Source: Macrostomum lignano (lineage: Eukaryota). Taken from it: DNA of 64,000 nt. The position numbers and the translations under genes were made by a program. The number at the start of each line of letters is the position of its first letter. Position 1 is the first letter of the stretch. Under the pieces are notes generated by a model. It was not told the DNA's origin. It worked only from the letters and a program-made list of their open reading frames with translations, and searched no databases. Below are positions 12,341-24,541 of the stretch, in pieces. The stretch covers positions 49,131 through 113,130 of the forward strand of contig NIVC01003192.1 in the NCBI GenBank assembly GCA_002269645.1, given 5' to 3'.

Positions 12341-13599
12341 CTATTTGATACTGTGAGATAAAACTTCAAGCTGCATGTGCGGGTCCAAGTAGACTTCCCG
12401 CAACTGCCTGGACAGTGTGTTGTGCTCACACATCCACTCGCCAGAGCTGCGCCTGTACAGAAGCCGATTGTTGGCCAGGTCGCGGAAACGATAAAATGCA
12501 AAGGCCTGAAAGCAGCTGTCAACTTTCACTGGTGGCAGGTCAGCCGGTCCACGCATTATCGACGCGTAATAGTCAACAGCTGGATAGCGGCTATCCTCGC
12601 CGAAATGCTTGTTGAGAAAGAAAGTCAAAGTGCAAGGGTCGAATAGGCGATGTTCGGGAACTTCGATGGTGTTGGCGCACAACTGTTGCAGCAGCGGCCG
12701 AGTCTTGAAATAGTAAAGACCCTGGCTAGCCGGTCGAGACTCCAGCGAGTCCAGGTGACATCCGGGTCAATCACAAGCAGCAAGTCAGCCCAGCCAGCAA
12801 AGTGCCTGTACGCGTACTCCAGGTAGATATTCCTGAGCGCGGACATGACCAGGCCGCGGTCGATCTCCTCAGCTACGCTTCGATTCATGCTGGCCGAACC
12901 AGGCAGGTGAGCCCGGCCGCTGGAGTAGCGAATATCGAGCCGGCAGGGCTGACTGGCCTCGCTAGAGCAGCCCAGAAGCCGAAGGCCAAGGTCGCGCTGC
13001 GCCTCTCCGACAAGAAAGGCGCGGGTTCCGTCGACCGAGTCATTCTCGACAACCAAAAGCCTAGAGTCGTTGAATAGTCGTCGAAGACGGCGCAGATTGC
13101 CCAGACTTGACGGTAGGCCTTGAACGCCGTCTCGAATAGTGGCTGCCACCAGCAGACGTTGGCTGGCTAGCCAATCACGAGCGATACGCGAGCGCCATTT
13201 GGGCTGCCTCTCAGACTCAGTTTTAAGCTTCATCAGCGGTAGCAGCTGACCAGGTCTGTCAAATTTGTACAGCGATTGTTCTACAGACAGCTTGACCTCA
13301 GCCAGCATATCTGAGAAGGTTGGCTCTGACAGCGCAGCGCTGGATAAAGAATTCGACACCTGCGATGCTTTTATCTTTAATGAGCTGTCGCCAGAGCCAA
13401 TTTGCAGCCAGGTCTGCGCTTGCCGGAGCATCATCAGGGTGAGCAAGCAGCTGACTGTAAAGGACGCCAGAAGCTGCCGAGCAGCTAGCCTGTGCCACCA
13501 TAGTCGACGACAGTGTGCGTACACACGGAGCGGGTGAACTCGGAGCATTTTTAGCCAATTATATTGGCGAAATTGGGGTGTATTGATGAAATCAAGCAA
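12341..13599 (-). CDS. Intronless type II membrane GT-A-fold glycosyltransferase (CAP59/GT69-like or microbial GT2-like), with a 1-nt frameshift near 12724
   Basis: N-terminal hydrophobic anchor (LLASFTVSCLLTLMML), then VVENDSVDGT, SALRN and a DxD motif (IDPDV). The second frame continues GLYYF..LCAN..LFDPC..VDSCFQAFAFYR..CEHN..VYLDP. Adding one C (GCC CAG GGT) fuses ORFs 12625-13599 and 12341-12682 into about 420 aa. Confidence 0.7.
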
Positions 13600-15028
13600 A
13601 TAAGAAAAACTATGAGTCTCTGGGCAGAAAAATTGCTATTGCTTCTACGGTTACTGAATTCCAAATCGCATCACCTCTAGTATTTATTCGTCAGGATTTC
13701 CATCTTTACTCTCAACCCCATCCTTCCCCATCATCACCGCACTTGGCTTAATGCATGAATGCGTACAATTACAGCAGGTAGAACCGTCCTATGCGTTCAC
13801 CAAAATCATTCTGCGAATCCACGGCAATGAATAGGGAAGAGATTCTCACGCGCGACACACTCCCCACACCCTATATATATATATATAATTTAGCCAGCTA
13901 CTAGTGAGAGTTACAGAGAAACTTGAGGTCGATTAACGCTGCTCCAAAATCGACAACAGCAAAAAGTTTTTTGACCATTCATTTGTTCAATAAATTAAGC
14001 TAGTGTACATAAGAACGCACTCATTTTATGGAAGTATAAAAAGGACATTTTGGTACTGTACCCAAAACCCGTTGGTTTTAAATCGACAAAAAGGACCCGT
14101 TGACCGTAGGGCAAGAAAAATAAAGAGAAAGATAAGTATTGTTTACTTATTTAATGTACTGACCAGCGGGCTGCTCAAGGATGCGTTATAATTGTTCAAA
14201 TCCATAGGTAGAACGCTGCCATACGTACAGAAGCACGCACAAGCCTCTCTGCAAAAATTTAGCACATATAACTCGAATAAGAGCAATCATTAGGATTAGG
14301 AATATATATATACGATTTTTGCGTCCTTGACTCCTTAACAACATGTTACATGTTCAAATCATATTTTGCGAAAGTAGAAAAAGTACATAAAGATGGTTTT
14401 TATTATCATAACAAGCTAGTCGATAAATCAGCAGGTCTACATAAAATAGCAAGGAACAGCAACAAAAATAGTGCAGAATGAATGTCTGAAAAAGAAAACT
14501 CAGCTGCAGTCGGCATGCAAATTGTTGAACAAAAGGCAGAGTATCGAACGAAAAATCAGAATCGAATGAAAACTTGTTTTTTTCGCAATATTGAATGAAA
14601 CCAATTTTTTTAATAGATAGATAAAAGCCTTGTGTACTAACCCAGAGCGAACAGGAGTACTCAGAAGTTCGTGCACAGTGCCCTTAAGCTAGCTATTGAG
14701 ATGTGATAAGAAGGCAAAGTAAAAATTTCCGTTTGCAACATAAACTGAATAATTTTGAGCGAAGTTACTCCAGAGAATAAAAAAACTGCTTATGAAGCTT
14801 TCTGTATCGAAAAATAAATACAAACAGTGCAAGATACGGGCATGAGCTCAGCAGAGAGAAGCATACCATGCAAATCGAATTGGCAACACAGAGTATTTTT
14901 GTATTGAACAAATCAGTTTGACTTAATGTTTAAAGCTGATGTCGCAACACAGCACAATAGCCATATCGTTACCCCACTTTCTAGCTATTATTTATTAGTT
15001 TCTTATTCAACGTCACGTTAGTCTTTAT

Positions 15029-17525
15029 TCAATAGATAAAATTCTGCACAGATTCCGGTTTCTTAGTATCTGGTAGCAGAACTTGCTCGTCAGTTGGCAC
15101 CTGCTTGTAACCGCTCCCTGTGCTGCTGGCGGATGTACGACGACTGCCCGAGCGACTGCGAGGGCCGCCGACCTGACGACCCTCAACGATGTAGGCAATG
15201 ATCTAAGGGCGGTTTGGTTTTAAAATTTAAGTTTTGACTGCAAATACTCAAACTGTCAGGCTACTCTACTAACAGTAGCATTGTATAATCCAAATATACT
15301 AAAATTGCAGATTATTATAAAGATGTGAATTACCTTCTGCTTTTTGTGGTAGATAACATATAATCCGCCAAAAACAAAAACAGTAACAATGAAGATAAAG
15401 ATTATTTTATTTGATCCAGCAGCATCTGTGGGCTTGTCACCTTTGTAGGATTTGCCTATCTTACGCGAATCAGGAATGGGCCCAACACTTTGATGAAAAT
15501 CATAACTACCATATTTGGCGTTATCAGATACTACAGTGTCAAAAGCCTTCTTGCCAGATTTTGTTCCATCAGACTTTTTAGTTCCAGTGCCAGTCGCCTT
15601 GTTGGCAAGTTCTGTTCCATCAGATTTCCCAGTGTAAGCCGTCTTCTTGCCAGACTCTGTTCCATCAGATTTTCGAGTGTCAGCCGTCTTCTTGCCAGAC
15701 TCTGTTCCATCAGACTTTCCAGTGTAGGCCGTCTTCTTGCCAGACTCTGTTCCATCAGATTTTCGAGTATCAGCCGTCTTCTTGCCAGACTCTGTTCCAT
15801 CAGATTTCCCAGTGTCAGCCGTCTTCTTGCCAGACTCTGTTCCATCAGATTTTCGAGTGTCAGCCGTCTTCTTGCCAGACTCTGTTCCATCAGACTTTCC
15901 AGTTTCAGCCATCTTCTTGACAGACTCTGTTCCATCAGATTTTCGAGTGTCAGCCGTCTTCTTGCCAGACTCTGTTCCATCAGATTTCCCAGTGTCAGCC
16001 GTCTTCTTGTCAGACTCTGTTCCATCAGATTTTCGAGTGTCAGCCGTCTTCTTGACAGACTCTGTTCCATCAGACTTTCCAGTGTCAGCCATCTTCTTGC
16101 CAGACTCTGTTCCATCAGATTTCCCGGTGTCAGCCGTCTTCTTGTCAGACTCTGTTCCATCAGATTTTCGAGTGTCAGCCGTCTTCTTGCCAGACTCTGT
16201 TCCATCAGATTTCCCAGTGTCAGCCGTCTTCTTGTCAGACTCTGTTCCATCAGATTTTCGAGTGTCAGCCGTCTTCTTGACAGACTCTGTTCCATCAGAC
16301 TTTCCAGTGTCAGCCATCTTCTTGCCAGACTCTGTTCCATCAGATTTCCCGGTGTCAGCCGACTTCCTGCCAGACTCTGTTCCATCAGATTTCCCGGTGT
16401 CAGCCGTCTTCTTGTCAGACTCTGTTCCATCAGATTTTCGAGTGTCAGCCGTCTTCTTGCCAGACTCTGTTCCATCAGATTTCCCAGTGTCAGCCGTCTT
16501 CTTGTCAGACTCTATTCCATCAGATTTTCGAGTGTCAGCCGTCTTCTTGACAGACTCTGTTCCATCAGACTTTCCAGTGTCAGCCATCTTCTTGCCAGAC
16601 TCTGTTCCATCAGATTTCCCGGTGTCAGCCGACTTCCTGCCAGACTCTGTTCCATCAGATTTCCCGGTGTCAGCCGTCTTCTTGCCAGACTCTGTTCCAT
16701 CAGATTTTCGAGTGTCAGCCATCTTCTTGACAGACTCTGTTCCATCAGACTTTCCAGTGTCAGCCGTCTTCTCGCCAGACTCTGTTCCAGCAGATTTCCC
16801 GGTGTCAGCCGACTTCCTGCCAGACTCTGTTCCATCAGATTTCCCAGTGTAAACCGTCTTCTTGTCAGACTCTGTTCCATCAGATTTTCGAGTGTCAGCC
16901 GTCTTCTTGCCAGACTCTGTTCCATCAGACTTTCCAGTGTCAGTCATCTTTTCAAGCTCTGTTCGATCAGTCTTTAATGTGTCCGAAGCCTTCTTGCCAA
17001 GCTGCGTTTCATCAGACTTGGGAGCCTTCCTGCCAGATTCTGTCCCATCAGATTTTCTACTTTCAGTGTCTGTTGTCTTTTTGCCAGGCTCTGTTCCATC
17101 AGACTTTCCTGTCTCAGCCGTCTTCTTGCCAGATTCTGTTTCATCAGATTTTCCAGTGTCAGTCGCCTTCCTGCTAGATTTTGTTCTATCAGACTTAGAT
17201 GAGTCCATAGACTTTGTGCCAGTCTCCACTCCATTAAACTTTCCAGTGTCTATAGTCTTCTTGCTAGTGTCTATTCCATCAGAGTTGGCAGCCTTCCTGC
17301 CAGATTCTGTTCCATCATGCACATACATTCCAACATTTTCAACCTTCTTATTAGACTCTGTTCCATCAACCTTTGAAAGTTTGCCTTTTTTGATTGGACT
17401 GAGCTTTTTCTGTGCATCAAAACTGATAGCTGAGTCATCAAGTGTCCTTTGCAAAGCACCACTTGTCTTCATCATTTCTGATGTCCTTTCAAAACTATCA
17501 TGACTTGGAACTGGCCGTGATAACA
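15029..17525 (-). CDS. TGOLN2: TGN38/TGN46 (TGOLN2)-like trans-Golgi membrane protein, last two exons (17525-15334, 15202-15029); signal-peptide exon not located
   Basis: Large exon bounded by TTTTTAG acceptor and AAG|GTAATT donor; low-complexity ectodomain, TM IIFIFIVTVFVFGGLYVIY, then HKKQK spliced to IIAYIVEGR...GYKQV...*. This matches the TGOLN2 pattern HNKRKIIAFVLEG...YQRL. AATAAA overlaps the stop codon. Confidence 0.8.
15590..16935 (-). repeat. Coding 45-bp tandem repeat (15-aa KKTADTGKSDGTESG), about 30 copies
   Basis: Frame-preserving repeat inside the TGN38-like exon. Confidence 0.93.
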
Positions 17526-19027
17526 CTAAAAAAGAAAAAAGAAACAGATTTTTCTTTAAGATTAAGCATTATTTCCTTTCCAGAATTGAAATTATTGTAA
17601 TCAATGTAACAACAATTGTGAAACTTTATTATCCAAAAGTAGATTCCCTGGCAAGGTTTTAAAACTGTAGCTGACATGCTTGTCTTTCCTTATCCTCGCC
17701 CCTTATGCATGTTTTGTTGGCATTCCTTTGGTTTACAATCACCCCAAACAGTGACGATCACCTTAAACAGTGACAATCACCACAAAAAACAGTTTTAAGA
17801 CAAAATCCATAGTTTCCAATGAAACAAAATCAAATGTTGGCGAACTGACTTTGTTTATTTCAAAAGATGGTAAGATTGTTGTAGCACCATATATTTCACC
17901 TTCAGTTTATGATCACTCAAACTTATGTTGCCCATTAAAATGATCACAAACCAAAGCTAGAAGTAGGAAAACCTGTCAAACTAATTTCAACTGTCAAGAC
18001 CAAGTCGCAAGTTTGAGCTACAGTAGCCTATATATTTCACCTTCAGTTTATGATCACCCAAACATATGTTGCCCATTAAAATGATCATGAACCAAAGCTG
18101 GCCATAAGAAAGTGTACTAAGGGTTAACATGCTTTCCTACAGCCAGCTTTGGTTCACAATAATTTCAATGGAGTGTATATGTAGAAGTGATCATAAACTG
18201 AAAGTGAGGGGGGTGCAGCACTGAAGATTAATTATACTAAGCTAGGGTTGACATGCTTTCTTACAGCCAGCTAAAGTAAAACAAAATATATATTCTAGAA
18301 ATTTTGCCACAATCCAACAACTTCTAAATTTTTATATTCTTTATTTTATATTTATTCATTTTAACTTCATATAGAAATAAAAGCCTTTAATTTTTTTAAT
18401 AAATAACTTCTACATCTAAATTTACATGATCATTGCTAAGTTTTTATGCTATATTCATAGATGACTACCATCTCTCCCTATTTATTATGCCAGGTATATA
18501 GTATAAACCTAGTATAAATCTGATACAAATGATTGAAAATTATAACTTTTTCTCTAGCATTAGCCTTAAAGCATGAAATGGTAAACATACTTAAGTTTGT
18601 CTTAACATAGACAATTAGACATGATAACCATCTCCTACTTTGTGGCATTAAATTATTTTTATATTTTTATTAAACTTTTCAAATATAGGCCTAGGCCTGA
18701 AAAGGTTGGTAAGTGTTAGATAAGTTATTTTTATAGTCAGTATTCAGTAGTAATTTTGCAGCCAATATAGAAAGTTGCAGACCTCCTTAGTCTTTCCCTG
18801 GAAAGTAGCACTTGGCATAGCCTTGAATTTGGCCTTGACTTGGCCCAAGACCCTTATATTCTACAAATGGTTTTGGTATAGATTTTGGCACCATTATCCT
18901 TCAGTTTCCCATTCTAATTTTTTAAACCCATTTTTTTAACTTTTCAGCTACTGCCAGTATGGCTAGCCAGCCTTCAGTGCCACAATTTATTGTCCCTGCA
19001 GCTGAAGTCCCCAACAACTCAGCGGCT

Positions 19028-19204
19028 TACACTAATACTGTAGAGGGAATATGGGGCAACTGCAAAGCCAAGTTTCAAGCTATGCATGGAACCAGTGACA
19101 ATTTGTTTGAAACATACCTGCAGGAGTTCATGTGGCGCTAAACTTTCCCCCATCAGCACTTTGGCAATATCCTCTACTGGATAACATACTACTACCCTAT
19201 GTAG
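19028..19204 (+). pseudogene. Merlin/IS1595-like transposase C-terminal fragment
   Basis: YTNTVEGIWGNCKAKFQAMHGTSDNLFETYLQEFMWR*TFPHQHFGNILYWITYYYP fits the Merlin C-terminus (TN.IEG.W...K...HGT....L..YL.EF.WR...F..IL..I...YP); in-frame stop at 19139-19141. Confidence 0.75.
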
Positions 19205-22200
19205 AACTCTGTGAACTCTTGTGAGAACTCTATGAGCTTGTTAGACTCTAAAAAGTTCAAAAAGGAGTTTAAATAATTTAAAGTGGAAACTGAAGGATCA
19301 TCTGATTGATGATGGTATGGTTTTTCAGGCCATTGTAGGCTTGCTATCCATCAGTAATGATCAGAATGCCTAGAAAAATGTAAAGATATTTTTATTCCAT
19401 AAACTATTATTAGGGCCTAAGAAATTGCTTTGGAATACTTATATGTAGTGTTCTACTGTAGCCATAGCTACGGCTTATGGGATCCTATGGCAAATATGGT
19501 AAAATAGGTGCCTACGACAGCTACAGATACAACTACGGAAATATGGTAGTTGCTGTCACATTCCGTAAATTTCTGTAGCCGTAGTTATTAATGTTAAAAA
19601 TTGAAAAAATATTAGAAACAGGTAGAGTAAAACAAAGATACTTTTAGTAAACTATATTATCAACCTAGAAACTTATAAAATATACCCTAAAAAATACAAT
19701 AAAACACTAGCAACTCTAATTTTTATTAATGTGAAAAAGTTTAGTGTTAGCTCTAAAAAAAGACGAAATATAATCTTACAAAGACAATTAAGTGTTTTCT
19801 TTATTTTCTAATTTAATTTGCAGTTGTTTAAGCACTAGGTTATCTTCTTGATTCAAAATATTTTGTTTTTGACTTTTTGTTAAAACTATGGCTACAGCTA
19901 TGGGAACTACGGGAATATGGTAATATTGGGGTCCCTATGGCGGGTGCAGCCGAAATCATCATATTCAAAATTGTCATATGATGATGACGACTTGAACAAA
20001 TCTCAAAGACTTAAACATTTAAATATGACGACTTTGACCAAAGGCAAGGGTGTATTAATTTAGGATTTTCCTACCTTCGGGCAAAAATCCCTTGTATATG
20101 CACCCGTAATTTTTATATTAACTGTGTCAATTAATGCTGATTCACCCCTGATTGCTGCATTAGCAATCAGGGTCGGCGTTGCGTTTGCGCGAATTAATCT
20201 GGAGAAATCGCGCAGACGAATCACAACGAAATTTTCTTTCTCCTGCTTGCTCCGACAGCCGGGTTCTCAAGTCTAATAAATCTAATAAAACTATAAAATA
20301 AAACTAAGTCTAAAGTGCGCAAAACTAATAAATAAATTTGAACTATTCGAACGCAAAAGGAAAAAGACAAGAAAAAGAAAAAGGAAAAGGGGGTTGAAAA
20401 TTAGGCGGCACATCAAGGCAGTATAAATATTAAAAAAATTAAGGAGGTTACAATCAACGGGTGGGGGTGCTGCTGGACACACTACTGGACCAAAAATCCT
20501 ATGCGTGGAGACTACCGATGGAACGGCTCACAAACATGCAAGCAACAAAATTAAAACAAAAGTTTTGACCAAGATTCCAGCGGGGGAAAACTACTTTTCT
20601 AACCAAAAGAAGAACAGAACAATTTCTGGAACCTCCAGTCAATGGAAATGTGACAAAAATTGAACAATGAGCGGACAAAAATTAAATGTTTATAGCAATT
20701 TTCCTTTTAAATGAGTTATTAAAGTAATGAATGGTACGTTCAAATATCAATGAAGTGGCACCCGACTGCCACACATGACTACTGAGAATACACTGTAAAT
20801 TGTTTTAATTTGTTGGCCCTATAGGAAAAAGTTGTAAAACCGCGGACGGTGTCCGCCGCACTTTTGAAATTTTTCTAAAGCGCAGCGCGTGCACAGGCGC
20901 AGCGCCTGCGCGCGCGCTGCCCTTTCTTACTGGCTGCTGCTCTAGCAAATACATATACATGGAAATGGGTATAATACCTCTGTTGAAGGGGCTTATATAC
21001 TCGTAATTTATTAAGCTTAGAGATGTTCCAAAAATTCAATTTCCAAAATTTGAAATTTTTTAGAGCGAATTTCAATTTTGAAAAAAAATTTAGAAGTGAA
21101 AATTTTGGTAGTGTCTAAAAAGTCGCTAAAAATAAACTACTTTCTACTAAATATACATGTATTACTTTTTACTTAAGCAGTAAATTGAAAGTAAAAAAGT
21201 GAGTGTTGATCATACTAAACTTTGTTTTTCTGAATTATGATTTCGGGAAATTTCAATTTTGATTTTGGAAAGTTAGCGAATTTTTATTTCGACGAAACTG
21301 CAGATCTTTCGGAACATCTTTAATAATCCTAAAGCGCGGTAAAATAGTTTGACTCTTTTCTAAAGCGCGCGTCCGCGGGTTTTTAACATTTATTCCAATA
21401 GGGTTTGTTGGCAAACAAGAACACGCTGCTGCCATGAGCTAAGATCCTTGCGCAGCCAATGCAACACAATATGACGATTTAGTGAATGCAGCATTGTCCA
21501 ATACTAAGATGATGAAGATTTAGGTAATTTAGTTGTTTTTCTCGTAAGCCGCAGATGACGATCTCGAATATGACGACTTCGGCCGGAAACCCTATGGCTA
21601 TGTAATATGGAGAATTGGAATAAGCTGTAGTTTTGCTTACAGCTACGCTACAGGCTACGGCTACAGTATATAGACCCTCCTTACAGTGGAACACTGTCAC
21701 TACTCTACTATGTAAAAAACATTATATTAGAGAGGAGCAGAAATGGTAACAGGTACAACATATGTGCTTTTTAAAATATTTTTTATATTAAATACAATAT
21801 TTTTTCAATCAAAGTATATCTACTAGGCCTATATGTATACCTATCACTCATAGTACAAATACAAAGCAAACAGTTAAAAAGATCTATGGTAATTAATAAA
21901 TAAGACACAAACTTACCATGTCCATGATCAGTAGAAAGAAGCATTAGACTGATGCTAAGAAAACTAAATCTAAACCAAATACTTAAATATGCCATTTTAG
22001 TCAGCTTCAACAGTTTTAAATCAGAATTGCAATTTAGCTAGTTGTTAGCTTAGCTACTACAGCGGTTTCACTTGAAGCCAGAAACCAGTTTTTCTCGGGA
22101 AGAATTAATGGACTTTAATCAGAAGCAGGAACTAGGCCTAGTTAGTTTTCTTCGATAAATATTAGCTTGAGTTTTCCTGCAGTCTGATTCACAACTTCAC

Positions 22201-23825
22201 AAAATTTTATTAAGAAAGCATAAATTAGAGTTAAAAGCGATCGCGAGGAAGGAAAGAATGTCAAACTTAAAAAAAAACATACACGGTCAACAAAATATGC
22301 AGTAATAAATAGTTATTTTCTATTTTGAAAACTTTTATTTTAGAAAACTGAAGTAAGCAGTATCTCTGAAACAAGCGAAGTAACCCTTCTAAGCTATTAT
22401 TTTGTTAATCTTACTTTGTTCAATGCCCGTAATATCCTGTTCTCGAGCCTCTGATGGCTAGTGGCATGGCAGTGGCTAAACTGGTCCCTGAGCACTCTTA
22501 AAAAGCTTTAGCAGCTGGTATCAGTTAAATCTACTAGGATATAAGGATATTATGTAATCGAAGGCAGTGCACTTTGCGAAACTTTTTATTTTTACAGTTT
22601 TTAATTTTTACAAACAGACGACTTCCCACATGTATTGTCCTTACCCAGCTGCACGCAGATTGTACTACTCGTATTAGCTAGTTAATCAAGCTGATCAATA
22701 AGCAGCTATATATTGGTTATGATCCAATAGACTCCTACAGGAGGGTTGAAGACCAATACATATACTCGCAAAAATTATCGATCAAACCTAGCTCCTCAAT
22801 CGCAGATTATATTACTGTATATGTAAATTGTGTGTACACAGCAGCAAGCTGTTTAGTTTTGCTCACAAAAACAGCAATAATTGAAATTCTTAAACTTCAT
22901 ATATAGAAAACTTTGCATTACCTAGTAACGGTAAACATGTGCAATGTATTAATTATTGCCCTATATACGACATGATGTAACATGTGGGGATCTAGGGAGA
23001 CTAAGAGTTTTAAAGTTCCAGCTACAGCCATGCATCGCGGTCCGTTTGCCGATAACCGTTTAGCTAGCAATAAATTTAAAAAACTTGATGCTCATCGTTT
23101 GGGTTGGAGCAAAGGAAAATATAAATGGCCTTTTCTCGACAGGGCCTGTTATAATATAATTATAATAAATTATATTTTTAAGGTTTCGAATCATTCACGA
23201 ATTCGACAACAAAAATATATGTGATAGGCAACTCTCTGTGTAGAATTGTAGTTCGATTTTTAAGTAATTTGCTTTTTCAAACAAGACTAATTTTGCAGAT
23301 TCTAAAGATTAAGCTATACCAAAGATCATAAATATATAGCTGGAATATAAGATCTATGAGATATACCAATTAATTATTGTAAGCAAAGAAATTTGGGCTT
23401 CTTAATTAAAGATCGAACTTCTGTCATGCTTAAATACTCGTATATTGTGCATCCAAAGTTGAAATTTTATATAGCCTGGGGCCATAGACAACACTCGAAT
23501 TTCTGATTTAGAAACTTTACACATAAATTAGACAAGCAAACCTGAAATATTGAACATCCAAACCATGTCCAATATATCAAAACTTGCAATTAATGTTTGT
23601 ATTTTAGCTAGCTGGCCTGTAAATAAAACCCTAGACAACATAATCGGGCAATCGTGACGGACGAAGGCGGACAGAATTGCCTATTAAACAGTAGTGTTGT
23701 AGTTAGCCAAGGTCATTCTTTTCTCCATGGCCAAGGTATGATGCTCTTTATAGAACTTCACGGGTTGGCACAACACCCTGTGAGGATTTACTACAGACAG
23801 TCCTTGGCAGGTGTGAAACGCATTT

Positions 23826-24154
23826 CCCGCATAGCAAAATTACGTATCCAATAGAAAGTGGGACGTCTCCGATACGTAACTTTTTTGGTTGCAGGAACGT
23901 TCTTGATACGTATCCAATTTTTATGATCCTCTAATGATCCTCTAAAGAAGCTCGTTTCTACAAAAATGGTGAACAGATAATGTTTGTAATTTTATTGATT
24001 ATTTATTCCGCCATTTTTGTAGAAACGAGCTTCTTTAGAGGATCATTAGAGGATCATAAAAATTGGATACGTATCAAGGACGTTCCTGCAACCAAAAAAG
24101 TTACGTATTGGAGACGTCCCACTTTCTATTGGATACGTAATTTTGCTATGCGGG
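23826..24154. mobile_element. Foldback MITE, 329 bp, with 144-bp inverted arms
   Basis: 23826-23969 is the reverse complement of 24011-24154 with 2 visible mismatches; termini CCC...GGG flanked by TT on both sides (possible 2-bp TSD, CMC/CACTA-like). Confidence 0.85.
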
Positions 24155-24541
24155 TTTCGTGCCCACTGGCCTCGTACTAATAAATATGTGATCTTTTAGC
24201 CATAGACATTATCAGAGAGGGTCGTTTCAGTACCGCATAGACTAGCAGGCTAACTAAAAATGTAAATTTGTGTAACAGCGAGCTACAGTACGTCAGTAGT
24301 GCATGTAAATAGCAGAGCGGTAATTAACTGACCTATTGAAGATGAGCTAATTGATTTTTTTCGGATATCTACCGTATTTACAGCAAAACTTTTTGAAAAT
24401 GAAGAAGAACAAAAAGTTTTGATAATGTGGAAATCGTGCATGCAGTCATGGAAATGTCCAGCTGGGATCGGGTGAAGACAGTATGAATTTTCTCAGAAGA
24501 GCTCTATCAGCAGGTGGTGACTGTGCGCTTGAATATTTACT

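Noticed and set aside
15490-17503. Long antisense and alternative-frame ORFs over the TGN38-like repeat
   Set aside because: Shadow ORFs of a 45-bp repeat; only the - strand frame has splice sites and a TM segment.
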